A stretch of DNA of 62,815 nt, counting the filler. It is 12 parts of 12 records of this genome, joined end to end, with 100 filler letters (N's around TTAATTAATTAA, not from the genome) between each part and the next. Parts side by side here need not be neighbours in the genome. Positions count along the whole stretch, not along the records: positions 39,005 to 41,302 come from SRR9670534_1580; positions 41,403 to 53,076 come from SRR9670534_1590; positions 53,177 to 56,465 come from SRR9670534_1591; 9 more parts are not named here. One strand, written 5' to 3'. The notes beneath the pieces were generated by a model. It ran no database searches, had not been told where the DNA came from, and worked only from the letters and a program-made list of their open reading frames with translations. The translations under genes and the position numbers were made by a program. Shown here piece by piece: positions 39,131 through 53,182 of this stretch (its first letter is position 1; each line of letters opens with the position of its first letter).

Positions 39131-40267
39131 ATGATGATGTGGAGGATCAAGAAGAATCTCCTCAGGCTCCTACTGATGAAGAAGATGATGATGTTCCAAC
39201 CCTCATCAATGGCCCTGGTCCCCAGCAACCCAAAGAAATTATCATAACATCAACCTCCACACCAAATACAAATTTAAGGAGGCCACGTACTTTCACTTCC
39301 GGGAGGCGAATTTCTTCAGGGTTTCTGGGCTTCATTAGGAAACAAATTAGGGTTTCCAGTGCCCATTCTGTGGAGGAAAGGCAGCAGATAATTGCAGATT
39401 CTGCCACAAGGAGGCAACGAAGGAAAGAAATTAGGGAAAAGTTACTTGGCGAAAAAATTGTAACATTTGATGAAGTTATCAGGAGAAAAAGACAACGTTT
39501 TCACTTTACCTGGGTTTTTGATCCTGCAGGAAGACTTTCCTATTGGTGGTCCTTGGTGGTCAGTTTGGCATTCATCTACAACTTTTGGGTCATAATTTAC
39601 CGTTTTACCTTTTCTGAAATCACTGATCAAACCACGAGAATGTGGTTTTCAATGGATTATTTTTGTGATTTCATCTACATCATGGACATCACATTTCATT
39701 TTCGAACAGGGTATTTGGAGGATGGGGTGTTACAAACAAATGCCTTCAAAATGAGGGTACATTACATGAATTCTGCACGTTTTTACATTGACTGCCTTTG
39801 TATGCTACCTTTGGACTTTTTGTACCTTTCCTTTGGTTACATCAGCATTTTTCGCCTTTTTCGATTGATCAAAATATACCGGTTTTGGGAATTCATGGAT
39901 AGAACCGAAAGACACACTAATTTCCCGAATGTTTTTCGAACAGCTTCCATGGTGCATTATTTATGTGCATTGTTCCATTGGAATGCATGCATTTACTACT
40001 TGGTCAGCAATAAGATTGGTTATGGTAAATCCTTGATTAATAGGGGGGATAGTGATGAAGAAGCAATAGCCATGCACTACTTGTATTGTTTGTATTGGAG
40101 CACACTGACTTTGACAACGGTTGGAGGGACGCCAATTCCTAAGGGCAAACTTCAATATATTTTCATTATATCAGAGTACATTTTTGGGTTGCTGGTTTTT
40201 GCGACTATTCTAGGGATGGTCTCTAATATTGTGGCTAATGTTAGCTTGGCAAGGAAGAATTTTCAAT
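39131..40267 (+). CDS. Cyclic nucleotide-gated channel subunit, one large internal exon (S1-S6)
   Basis: AG/GT-bounded exon with FRTGYLEDG, LPLDFLY, FRLFRLIKIYR, DRTERHTNFPNVFR, FHWNAC, YWSTLTLTTVGGTPIP and FATILG. From memory it resembles the invertebrate CG42260-type clade. Confidence 0.93.
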
Positions 40268-40488
40268 GTATGTTAGAATGTTGTAGAATTTTTAATGTAT
40301 GTATGTATCTCATATGAGTAATTGCTTGCGGGGTTACTCATTTGTTTGCGTCAATCATAGGAGGACGCCATTTTGAATTTTGATAAGGCACTGCTATCTT
40401 TACTATTATTAATTAATGATGAAGATTCTTTATTGTATTAACTTACGTAATAGCCTTTTTGCGTAGTAGCTAGTGTAATAAGTGTACA

Positions 40489-40750
40489 TTTTTGCATACT
40501 ATTGCTATTATACTAATTTGTTGCGTAAAATGTAGTTTGTAATGTATTAGATTGCAATAGATTGTACTATAATATTGTATAATGTTAATGCATTATTGTA
40601 TAATTAATTTATTACGTAATAGTATTTTTGCATATTATTACTATTATACTAATTTGTTGCGTAACATGTAGTTTGTAATGTATTAGATTACAATAGATGG
40701 TACTATAATATTGTATTACGTGTATATTATATCGCATTATTTATTACGAT
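40489..40750. repeat. Diverged tandem duplication, period ~136 bp (intronic)
   Basis: tttttgcata...tatactaatttgttgcgtaa-atgtagtttgtaatgtattagatt begins at both 40489 and 40625. Confidence 0.85.
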
Positions 40751-41811
40751 ATATTATTGTACTATAGATACAAATATTATGAAATCTGTAGTACCTATAT
40801 ACTAAATTACACTATGCACTATAGCAATGCTACTATATTATTGCGTATAGCCCAATGTGTACTATTTGTTGTAATACTATGGTATAATAATATTTGTTAT
40901 AATACTATAGTATATGGATGTTGCAATTGTATAGTATAATATCATTTATGTAATACCATAGCATAGCATAGTACCATGGTATAATACATCGTACGTTATA
41001 GTTATAACGATAATGTATTATAATACACCTTAATTAATTTCAATACAGCAAAGTAGTTATTATTGTTAATACGCAAGTACAACGTACTACATATATGAGA
41101 GTACGTAATAGATATACTATATAATTGCAGCTCGACGTACATAAATAGTATGTACTATCCGTACTACGTATGTATTATCCTGTACGTATTGCATATTACC
41201 GTAATAGCTTTTAATATAGGTACATCTCAGATCTGTGTAATATCTGTATTATAGGTATATTACATTTACGTATTACGTATTACAATACGTGTGATACATT
41301 TANNNNNNNNNNNNNNNNNNNNNNNNNNNNNNNNNNNNNNNNNNNNTTAATTAATTAANNNNNNNNNNNNNNNNNNNNNNNNNNNNNNNNNNNNNNNNNN
41401 NNGTACAAAGATACTTTTATTAATTAATTATAGTATACTTTTATTAATTAATTTAATTATAATTATACTACAATTAAATGTATTTCCGAAAGATTCTTAT
41501 TTTCATTAATAAATTGAGGGTACATTATTAATAATATGCATATAGTATATAGTATATTTAATAATATACTGTTGTTATAGTACCTCTAAATTATCATGTA
41601 ATATTTTCATAAAATTTTTAATAATTATTAATAAGGTTAACGTTTCAGGCAAATTATGGAAGTGGTGGCAAAAGTTAAGGGTAGAAATTCAGCAGATCTT
41701 TCCAAGATAATTTACCAGAACACCTTAAGATTATTTAAGACTATCATAAAATAATCTGCTTATATTTTAGGATCGATACTATGAATATTTGCATTTTAGT
41801 TACACTGCTAA

Positions 41812-43541
41812 ATGTTTAAAAAATCTAGCACTGTTGCTGATTATTATTTGACAAGAGCAAATGAATTTCTTTCTGGAAAAAAGCAAAGTGAAAAACCTAA
41901 ACCTAAAAAGACTTTGACCCAAACAACACCGATAGCCAAGAGTAGAAGCTTTGCAAATAGATTGTCTGATGATGATGGATCTGACGATGAACAGCTAATC
42001 GATGTAATTATAATTACTATAGTGGTTATAAGCACAATTTTATAAAATAGGACCTATTTTACTAAATGCATTTATAGGCATTTTTAAATAAGCTTAATCA
42101 AAAATCTGAGAAAGCTGGGAAAGCTTCTGACAACCTTGCTTTGTCTTCTTCAGATGAAGAGCCTTTTGTCATTAAGAAATCATCAAGCACCAGATTTCTT
42201 AAAAAGAACAAAACTCTAACAACACAAACCAAAGAATCAGAGGAAACTTCATCACACATAAGAAGTCCTCAAGAAGTTGAGACTGAATATGTAAAACATA
42301 CCGAAGTTGAAAAGGATATTGTACAGAATTCTGCAGAAACTGATGTATCATTGAGCCAGAACTCTGACCATTTTGAAGTTATTGATGATGATTACGAATC
42401 ATCATCAAGTCACAATGAAGACATGGAAGTAGAAGAAAGGCAGAAATGTGATCCAAAGGAAGAAAGCACTGATGCAGCAGCATCTCCAGTTGCCTTAGAC
42501 TTAAATTTGTTAGATACCAGTAATTTGGTGAATGAATACGAAAAACTTATTGAAAAGGAAGACGAAAAAGAACCATCTGATGATCGTGCTACGTCCGATA
42601 GTTCTCTATCGAATAGAAAACCTGTTATTTTCACTATTTCTTCATTGGAAAATACAGAAGATAAATCCATCCAAAAATCAGTAGGCTACACAGATGATGA
42701 GGCTGATAATTCGACTTCTTATGTTAGTGATTTTATGGAGGTTTTAGAGGAAAAAATAGTGGATTCTCCAGTAGAACAAGAGCCCGAAGTAGCGTCAAGT
42801 GATTCAGAAAGAACATCTGAACATTCTTCTTCGGCACAAACAGAAGCTGAAAAAGATGTGATTGATGAAGCTGATAAATCCCAAGTAACGACTATCAGTG
42901 AAAGTGATACCAATACAGAATCATACTACTCTGACTTTGTTCCTGCGGATAGTAAGCACAGTTCATTATTAATAGAAAGTGATACCAAGAAAAGTTCGGA
43001 AATGAAAACTATAGTTCGAAAATCATCCCAGGACGATAAAATTGTTGAAAAGTTAACTAAAAAATGCCAAACAAACCATAGCATTATTAGCACTGTTGCT
43101 CATAGCACTCAAACATCATTTCCAATAGCTAAAGAAGAATCTAACAATAATAATCAAGAAGAAACAGTTGTTTATCATTCTCAGCGAGATTTGGCTCCGT
43201 CCGTTTTTCCATTTCAACCTTCAATTCTTGTTGGTGATCCCCGTCCAGTTCTACCTATGTTTTTGCCAACAGATCTGCTTAAGAAGACACTTACTGCTAA
43301 TAATCCGAATATTGTCCTTATGAATGATTTTCTTAAACAGAATTTAAATTTATTTGAAGGACATATTAAAAATGTACAGCAAAAATACAAAGAATCTATT
43401 CAAAATGAAGAACCTGATCATAAGTATACTACTCTAGAGGATACTATGTCATACATTAGATCAACTAGAAATGAAAGACCAAAAGTTGATTTTGATAAAG
43501 AACTCAAAAGACAGAAGAAAAAACTTGGTCTGAAGAAGTGA
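41812..43541 (+). CDS. C19orf44-like (DUF4614) protein
   Basis: Exons 41812-42003 and 42078-43541. A long acidic Ser-rich region precedes LTANNPNIVLMNDFLKQNLNL...HKYTTLEDTMSYIR, which resembles the C19orf44 C-terminus as recalled. Confidence 0.75.
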
Positions 43542-43686
43542 TCTCATTTTGTTATTTATCATGATAAAATGTCATTTGCAAAATATGTACAGAGTCTGTA
43601 TATGTACAATGGCATATGTACTACAGAGTATTAAAGGGGCTATTTTGTACTGTTATTTACAAGAGTACTGGTTACTGATAAAAATG

Positions 43687-45212
43687 TCATATATGACTGT
43701 TGCTACGCGTACTTTCCATGTGTTTTCCCCATTCTTCAATCAAAATTTCTATCCATCCGGTTGTAATAAACTTGCAAGAATGTTTCGAAAAAAAATTAAT
43801 GTCTTTACACGATTGTAACAATTTTGCCTAAAAATAAACAGGTATATGTTTCAAACTAAAAATGTTGGGTAACATTGTATAGTATACGTTTTATATAGTA
43901 CATCTTATATACGTATATATTTACGGTTATGATACTAATAGTCGATAAATTTAATGGAAGGTACACCAAGTTGGTGTCACCAACCAATGGTTGGCAACCA
44001 TAGTACCGTACCATGGAAATAGATGTTTTCAAGATATTCAAATACTTTAATCTTTGGCCATTATACCATTGTATAATAGGAACAATGTTATTTGTCAATC
44101 CTCTGTTACCTACAAAGTTATTATTTTATTAAATTGACTTTAATTATTGTTGAGTTTTGAACCTTCTACATTCAATTCTTCAAGTCTTGAAACAGATGTG
44201 GCGCGAGATTTGATTGTAACTTTCCGGAAGGACTGATCGTCGAGCTGATTATATGATAGATCCAGTGAGCGTAAGCTATTGAAAATATAATTACGTACGT
44301 AGCATAGAATTTTTACATAATTAGTAGAAAACCGTACTGGTGCTATATATATTGCACATATCCTACTAGGATAATCCTAGGTATATTATTCAATAGTATT
44401 GGAATACATCGTGTCTAACTGCTATATGTGTCATGTCAGTTATATGTGAAATTGAAACTGTATTAGCTATTACATATTATACAAAGTACAGTAGGGTGAT
44501 TCAAAAAAATTTATCACAAAACAAAATAGGTATACAAAAATAAAAATTATCATACTTATGTAGGTTCGGCATTACATATATACGCCGTAACGGTACATAA
44601 TGTACATATATGTATACCTAATACCTAATATAGGTACAGCGTATATACCTAGGTATACGGTGCCTACCCGACAAACTGGGTAGTATCTATTGTACATACT
44701 ACATATGTACTACATATTTCAGTAATGGAATATTCCCTTCGTGTACGAGAACGCATTCTATGGTAGTGCATGTATTGTATCGAATAGAATCTAGTAGATT
44801 CAATCTACCTACAATGTAGATGCATAATAATAGGAAACCTTGGAAGGGATAAAATGTGACTGCAGAAACTTCCTGATGTGTTCTTCTTTCTACCGAAATA
44901 AAAATTTAGATGACACCTGCTTAAACAAACTCTCGTCAAGTGATTCAGTTGAATAAGGTAATCTTCATACATGAAAAGAAGCTTTTCAGAAACCCCAAGA
45001 ACCAAATCAGTTGCAACAGCACTTTCGTATTGTTCATCAAACAAGGAGATAACAAATGTAAGGTTCTGCAACTCACACTGATGAATTAAAGGTGTAGATA
45101 TAGCATTAAATAAATCTTTTCCAATAATTTCTGGAACATGTTGCAAGGTGTCCAATTTCGTCAAGTTTAATCCAACAAAACCCAAACAATGCTGATAAAG
45201 GCTTTTCATCAT
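43687..45212 (-). CDS. LRRC42: Leucine-rich repeat-containing protein 42-like
   Basis: Exons ~45212-44839, 44275-44163, 44109-44012 and 43827-43687. Motifs SLYQHCLGFV, TLQHVPEIIGKDLF, LRSLDLSYNQLDDQSFRKVT, LNVEGNRGLT and TTGWIEILIEEW. The true start codon is uncertain. Confidence 0.78.
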
Positions 45213-46294
45213 CCGAAATATAATAACTTAAAATATATATAATAAATTTTTTATAATTATATTTAAAAAAGAAATTTTTATAAATATAAAAGATTATACA
45301 TACATGTAGCTATAAATTATTAAAATATTAAATCAAATCAAATTTGAAAAAAATAGTGATATTATTTGCTATATTGATCTTTACTAATAATGATTAGTAA
45401 GATTCTTTACTAATAATGATAATAAGATTAATCAGGTATATATTGTTTGAGTTTGATGATGTAAAATATGCTAGCAACATAGTATGTATTTTAGTTTTTT
45501 TTTCAATAAAAACTTTATATAAGTTATAGTAAAATAAGCTATAGTAAAACTGCATTATAATCTTCCTAGTAATACATAGTTACTTCTTTACATCTATAAA
45601 TGTACTTTTATTATAAATTTTTTGCTTATAATTTCTCTTTAATAATAATCTAGGATATTATACCAAGAACATGTTGGTATAATATCCTTGGCAATAATCA
45701 GTACTAAAACTAAATCTATTAAAAGTAACTATAATAAATGTTTACTATATTAACTGCTTTTAAAGTAACAAAGTCTATTTTAATAACTTTTAGTCTAATA
45801 TTTAAAATTACAATGTATAAAAAAAGCCAGAATTAAAAATAACAATATTAAATATAATAAGTTCTATTTTAATAGTTATCAAATTTTATAGTATTTGTAT
45901 AAAAATTTACTAATAAACAATCACAAGCTTTATTTGATAAAAATATTCTTATATAAATGTTATTTTTTTTAAAAATTTATTTATTACTTATTTTTTACAT
46001 AAAGTAGATTTATTATTTTAAAAAACTTTCCAAATTCTATATACTATACTTATATTTTATCTAATATTAATTTGAAATCTTTAGAACATTAGATAAATAT
46101 ATGTATATAACTTATAAATAACTAATTTTATAAGCAGCCATTAGAGAGGAATAGCTTCTAAATGTTCCTCTGAGATTTATTCAAATCATTTATTTCTGTG
46201 TTTTGTAATGAATAAGAATCTGGCTATAGTTTAGGCTTTTTTTAGAGTATGGTAATAATTTGATATTATTCATGTGTGTCAGTCCCTTATCTTT

Positions 46295-48900
46295 TTAATT
46301 ACAATTTTTATCTGTATTCTTAGTATTTGGTAAACACATATTGTCACTTCTTATTATGTTATGAGTTAATTGGCTAACTTTTTTTTTTTTGGTTTTGGTA
46401 AATGATCTTGGCTTGCAAATTTTATGATTGGCATCTTTCAGTGCGACATCTTTTTTACCTGCATTTTTGTTAGCTCTAGCATCTTTTAGAGTGACATCTT
46501 TTTGATCATTAATTTTGTACATATTAATTTTACTAATTATTAATAAACACCAATCAAGCATTTTTATTACAGTGTTGTCAAGTAACTGCATTATTATCCC
46601 TAACATCCTTGATACATACTCCATATTATTATTTTCTGTACATTTTTCCTTAATGTTATTGTCCTTATAATCTTTATTATGCTTATTTATTATGGTAACC
46701 ATAATATGGTTTCATAAGAGTTATCATCAACACCATCATCTTTAGTAGTATCTCTTTGATCTATGAATGCTCCAATAATATTAGTAAAGAAACACTTTAA
46801 ATTAAAACATCTATTAACGTTACAGTATTGTAATAATTTATAGTATTTAATTAAATATAGAATAATCAATTGCATAACTGATTCATCCTGTGAATTTACC
46901 ATAAGTGTCAATAATAAGTCCACAAAACTAATGTAGCAGAAGATTTCCACTATTATATTCCTATTAAAGTATATATATTCAGCCCCATTAAGTAGGTATT
47001 GTGCAATCCCACTATTATTATCAATAAATAGTGGGTGAGAAATTGTTCCTATTAACATTAGTTCAATTTTAATTCTATTATTAAACTAGAACTTCCATTG
47101 ATTATATGCTACTATTGCAATATTTATCATCATAGCCCATAACATTAATAGGCCTAAGGTAAGAAAATTAATTTGGAATAAGTGTAAATATGGTAATAGG
47201 ATAATGGTCACTCCTATACCTACTTTTCCAAAATAATAATAGAAGTTGATTGAATTCTTATTCATTACATTACCAATAAGTAATTGTTTGATGATTTTCT
47301 TAATTAACTTTATAGGCCTATATGCATAAAAACTACTATCTACTATAGCTTTACATAAAGTTAAAATAAATTGTTCTCGATTGCCATCATGTAATAACAA
47401 ATTATCAAAGTATTGCATCTTTATTATTGAAATAATAGCAAATAGCAACAAACTATTAAACATCAATAAACTATGCATAACTAATGGCCTGTTGATAAAT
47501 TTATTAATATGCCTATTAACAATTAAATTTAACTTTCAGTTTAATACATTATTAATAATTAGTATAAGCTTATTGTGTGATTATTTAGTATTAGCATGAT
47601 GTACATTTTTCTCAATCAGATCTTCTTTCCTTAAGGGAAGGCTCACCATTAGCCACTGGTCTAGATGCTGGTCCAGCCTTTTGTGATTGTATTCTCTTAA
47701 GCACATTCTTTGTAAATTTGGCCATGCCTGTAAATCATATAAATGATCAATAATTATATTAAATTATATTTATATATTGGTTCAATTTGACTCTTACCAT
47801 ATGCTTGCATCAATTTCAATGAATCCATAGAATACTTAGCAGTCCATTGCTCAAAATCATAGTTACTGACTTTCTTGTTATTATCCATATTTCCTATTGT
47901 TGAATATGATAGATGTTCAGATCTATAACACAATATAGTATAATTGGTAATTGATAAACAATTTATTGTATTACCAATTATTAATCCCTTATAAACAATG
48001 GTAATCCTAGTTTGATCTATTATTTTATGACATATTGTCAATAACAACAATACTATTAATATCTGACATGTAAACTGCCCAACAAAATTGTATTATAAAG
48101 TTATGGCACCTAATTAATAACCATAAATAATAATTAATATGTGGAAATTCCACAACATAGCATATTTGCATAAACCTATGGGAAGAAAATTGTTGCCTTA
48201 TTAATGTATCATAGTTAAGCCCAAACAAAAAATGCCAATTAACAGCAAAAAAAAGATTATTTAGTATTGGGATTCTTATTTCAATCACCCAACATATTGC
48301 CTTGTCCATCAAAGAATCAGCCTTGAGAGCCACCACATAATCTGCATCCTCTGCCACCTCTTCCTCTACCATGATAAGAGGCAGAAACATTTCTGCCTTT
48401 TTTTCTATAAGATCAATAACAAAAATATTATTATTAATAGGCATTCTATGCATATATTAATTAAAATTATCAATTATTGATAAATTGAAAGTTATACTAT
48501 TATGTATTATATAATTATTATTGAAATGAAATATTAAATCTATTACTTCATGAATTTCAGAAAATTTTTCATTGTCTGAATTCTTGTAGTTACTATTCCT
48601 GTTGTACTTGAAGAGCTCAACACTAAAATCAATAGGAATAAAATATAAATCTATTTTAATTATCAATGTCAAATATATTCCTATAATATGCATTGATATC
48701 AGATGGTATTTATAACCTGATTGCTTATTACAATAATAATCGATTTTATTATCAGTATCTATCAATAGATTTGAATTATTATTATAATAATACAGATTAC
48801 CTACATTGCCAGGATTAATAGCCTCTAAAGGAACCACCAAAAAATTGAAAACTTCTGCTGCAATAGCAGCCCACAAGGTCTCCATTATCAAATTTGACCA
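46295..48900 (-). CDS. Possible multi-exon orphan gene, product unknown
   Basis: GC-richer exon-like islands lie in AT-rich DNA. Exons 47922-47798 and 47727-47647 join in frame through canonical sites (...FEQWTAKYSMDSLKLMQAY|GMAKFTKNVLKRIQSQK...). Other islands lie near 48300-48405, 48546-48623 and 48800-48890. No complete model could be built. Confidence 0.4.
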
Positions 48901-49543
48901 CTTTGTGTTACATGGCATGTATATTTGTATATATAAAGAGTTATCATGTATATTTGTATCCAATAAAGAGAAATATAATTACCTATCATTATGTCTTATA
49001 TCAACTGTATATTGAACAGGATTTGATGAATTTATCAGAATCTTGTATATTAAATAAGCATGATCTGGTACCACAGTAAATTGAAGATAGTCCAATACAT
49101 GTAAATCTATAGTGTCTATGATTTCTTTCACAAGTATGTATGTATCCATGTATATGATAATAATCTTTTATACAGTAAATACATTGTTGCATATTATCAT
49201 TTTTACATCTACCAAGTTAGAATTTTGGTATGTACAGTGGTTCTACCATACTGTACATTATATCTCACAATGGATAAGAACACTGATGGTCAAAGTACTG
49301 GTACCAAGTACAAAATTTTGCATCAGGGTCCTGTTACATCATGGAAAGTTGTCCCTGAAGGTACTACGAATTTCAGAGGTACTGCATCTCGTTTATTAGG
49401 TACTACTCCTTTTCATTTTTCGTCTCCAAATACAAATGTTAATTCTAACAATCGTATTGTCACTAATGTAAGTAATATTCTAATAATAATGATAACGATA
49501 ATGAAATGTTAAACTAACAAGGGCTACCAAATGTGTACGTACA

Positions 49544-52500
49544 ATGTTTACATGTATTGCAACCAAACAATCGTTTGGTAAAATATTTATGTTATTACTT
49601 TTGTATTTTTACTTTTATTCTCTCACATACAGTGAGTTTCAAAAAGGTTTTAAACCTTTTGACCACTTTTGGCTACTACCTTTGAATTATATTACTTCTG
49701 TACGATTTTTTGACATTTATTATGTTCATATTAATCGTAGTACAAACTCTGCTAGTATAATACCGCCTACACACAATGTGAGTGCACCATCTGTTAGTAA
49801 TTCTAGCAGATTATTGTCTGTAACCTCAGAGAGTGTTAGGAATTACAGTGATGCTTCCATTATTGATTATGATAATGATCTATACTACAGTAGACATGAT
49901 AGTTTTTATTATAAAGTTTCTCACAGTGAGCTTACCATTACAGACGACGATTTATTTCGATGTTTTTATTCCAACATTAATGGCCTAATGAAATATGCTT
50001 ATGATTTAGATTTAATGTTGGCTTCTGGGAGGTACAAAGCATACTTTTTCACTGAATCACATCTGAATGGTAATACTATGACTGGAACATTTTTGTCCAG
50101 AAATGACTATAGGTGCTACAGACAGGATAGATTAACATTCACCAAAGGTGGTAGAGCATGTATGATTGTGTTACGTGATATTAAAACCCTTTCTGTGAAG
50201 CATTTCCAGGAAGAAGCGCAACAGGGTTTTGAAATACTTGCTGTGGATTTTGTGTTTAATCATATTAAAATGCGGTTTATTTTAGTATACTTACCACTGA
50301 ATTTATCTTCAAAGACTGACACTGTCTCTTCTTTTGTTAGCATCCTACAAAAATACCTGAATGTATCTTATGAATATGTTATTATTGAAGACATTAACAT
50401 GTCTGATATCAAATGGGAATCTCTTACCTGTAAGAAAGTTCCATTTCGTATGTTCTTATCAATGTTCTCTTCTTATGGCTTTAATCAGAATGTGACCTTT
50501 CCTACTTACATATGTAAGCAGTCATTATTGGATGTAATATGTAGTACTTCTCCTATGCTTGAATGTAAAAATGTCCCTAATGTTCATAAGAATTGTGACC
50601 ACGTAGGAATAGAATTTTCATTTTTAGTTGATCATTTATATAATGCTTCAGAACCTATGTTATATAGGGACTATAGAAACGCTGATTTTAATGCTTTTAA
50701 TCTTGAACTGTCCAGTATTGACTGGAATGTTATTGCTAAAAAACACAATGTACATGAATTTTATGATATTTTGATGACTAACATCATAGCTCTTGTAGAA
50801 AAATATGTACCTCTTCAACATGTTCATGACAAAAACTTGTATCCTGAATGGCTTCTTAAATTATGTAGGAAAAAATGTCTTCTTTATCGTAGGATGAAAT
50901 CATGTGACCGTCCTTCTGATCATTCTAAATATGAAGAATTTAGTGATTATTATCATCAAGTTGTGTTAAACTATCATGAGAAAAAAGAAATGAAACTTAT
51001 CGAATGTAATAATTTTACTGATTTATACAGAAAAATGAAAGCTGCTACTAAACAATGGTGTCAAGGAGAAATCCTCACTAATGACACTGGTGAGTTTATC
51101 ATATCGAGATGTTACCCAGTGCTATAATGAGTATTTCTGCTCTGTATACCAAAAAGATGTCTCTAACTCCACCACCACTGTGAGTTCTTTAGCACCGAAT
51201 AATGTTCATTTAAATGATATTGATTTCAATGAATTCGATGTTTATGCTAGACTCAAATCTCTTGATTATAAAACATATCCCACCTCTGAAGGGGTATGTG
51301 CTGCTGTTTTTAAAAAAGCAGCTTCCAGCTTAGCTATTCCTTTGAATTTATTATATCATAAATTACTCAATGAGACATGTATACCTAGGCCCCTGTATTT
51401 AAAAACGGATGTAGTACTGATTGTAGTAATTATCGTCCGATAAGTCTCACTGCTATATCCTCCAAAGTTTTTGAATTTATTGTTGCTAATGCTCTTCGTA
51501 ATTATATTGTCGATAATAATACGATTTCTCTCTATCAATATGGTTTTTTAAAAGGTAGATCCATCTAGGCAAATCTTACTTTTTCCCAAAGTCATTGGTA
51601 TGATGCTATGAACAAGAAATTACCTACTTTAACTGCTTTTCTAGATATTAAAAAGGCATTCGACAGTATTGACCACTCTTTATTGATCCGTAAATTGCAA
51701 CAGCTTTATGCTGTTGAAGGAAAATTACTATGGTGGATTAGGGAGTGGTTAGCAGATCATGATCAAAAAGTTTTAGTATATGGTGTATGTTCTGATATAG
51801 GGCCAGTAACATCTGGTGTGGTCCAAGGATCCGTCCTTGGACCAGTCTTATTCATTATATATATTAATGATTTAATTGTTGAACTTTCATCTACTAAAGA
51901 CATTCATGTCTCAGCTTATGCTGATGACATGAAAGTCTGGTCTAGTGGCCCTAAATGTCATGAATCTTTACAATTAGCTATATTCAAAGTTTATGTTTGG
52001 ATGTATAGTTGGGGTTTATGTATCAACGTATCTAAGTCTGGTATTATGAATATGGGTACCATTATTGATAATTGTCCTCCTATTTTTTAGGGTAGTGAAG
52101 CTATGCCTTTTATTAATATCATCAAAGACCTGGGTATGTTAACGGATCCCAAATTGAATTTTGATACTAACCATAAATCTATTTTACAATGTAGTAATAT
52201 TAGATTACATCAGATGTTTTCTACTTTTAAAGGTAAAACTATGTGTATGTACAAATTTACTTATATACTTTACCTGAGGCTGCTTCTTGAAAATTGTTCT
52301 CCTTTGTGAAATCTTCTCTATGTTCATCGTAGTAAGGAATTAGAACGTATTCAAAAGAAATATTTTAGAATTGCATTTAGACTTTCTAAAACACAGCCTA
52401 TTTACCGCTATTCTGATGTTTGCAATGAGTATGAAATACAGTTCCTAGCTGAACGCAGATTACATGCTGATCTAAAATTATGTTTTAATATCCTTAATTC

Positions 52501-52804
52501 TCCTTACTTTTCCACCATTAATCCTTTTTTTAACAGTTTTGTCTCGAAAAGACTTAGTGCTAATATTAGCTTAATTCAGCCTGTAATTTTTGATATTTTC
52601 AAGCGTAGCTTTGTTGTACGTGTAATTAATTGGTGGAACTCTGTTGACCATAAGGTCAGAAAGTTAAAAGAGTACTTAGTTTTTTTCAGTACCATAGAGA
52701 CTATTGATTTCACCAGCAAAGGTAATGTTTTATTTCATGTTCCAGTACGTAACAGATTAGCTCATTTTCTAAGCAACATGGAAAAATATGCCAGATGGCA
52801 ATAA
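49544..52804 (+). mobile_element. Decayed CR1-like LINE ORF2 (endonuclease + RT + C-terminal tail)
   Basis: Motifs YSNINGL, FTESHL, EDIN, LDVI, CDH, NYRPISLT, QYGF, LDIKKAFD, SGVVQGSVLGPVLFIIYIND, YADDMK and KDLG. Several frameshifts and stops. Confidence 0.92.
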
Positions 52805-53182
52805 TACTTTATTATTATAGTATAGTACATAGTAGCATTTGTAATTAATTTTTATATGTTATTTTACATTTTCTAATCTGGTCTGTCAAGCTGTACCTTG
52901 GTCTTTCAGACTTCTGTTTTCAGTTTGGTAGTTCGGATGTTTTTCGTTGAATTTCCCAAAGCCTGAAATTCACAAAAAATGTTGGTGAAAGGTCATTATT
53001 GTATTTTAGCAACTTATACACTAAGTATGTTCTAATGATCTTATTTTCACCTGTTTCCATTGTTCTTTTCTATTGTNNNNNNNNNNNNNNNNNNNNNNNN
53101 NNNNNNNNNNNNNNNNNNNNTTAATTAATTAANNNNNNNNNNNNNNNNNNNNNNNNNNNNNNNNNNNNNNNNNNNNGTAAGT

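Noticed and set aside
53177-53182. GTAAGT donor consensus directly before the kinase ATG
   Set aside because: It sits at the contig edge and cannot be evaluated. The long open frame with a complete first CARD argues that the ORF is exonic.
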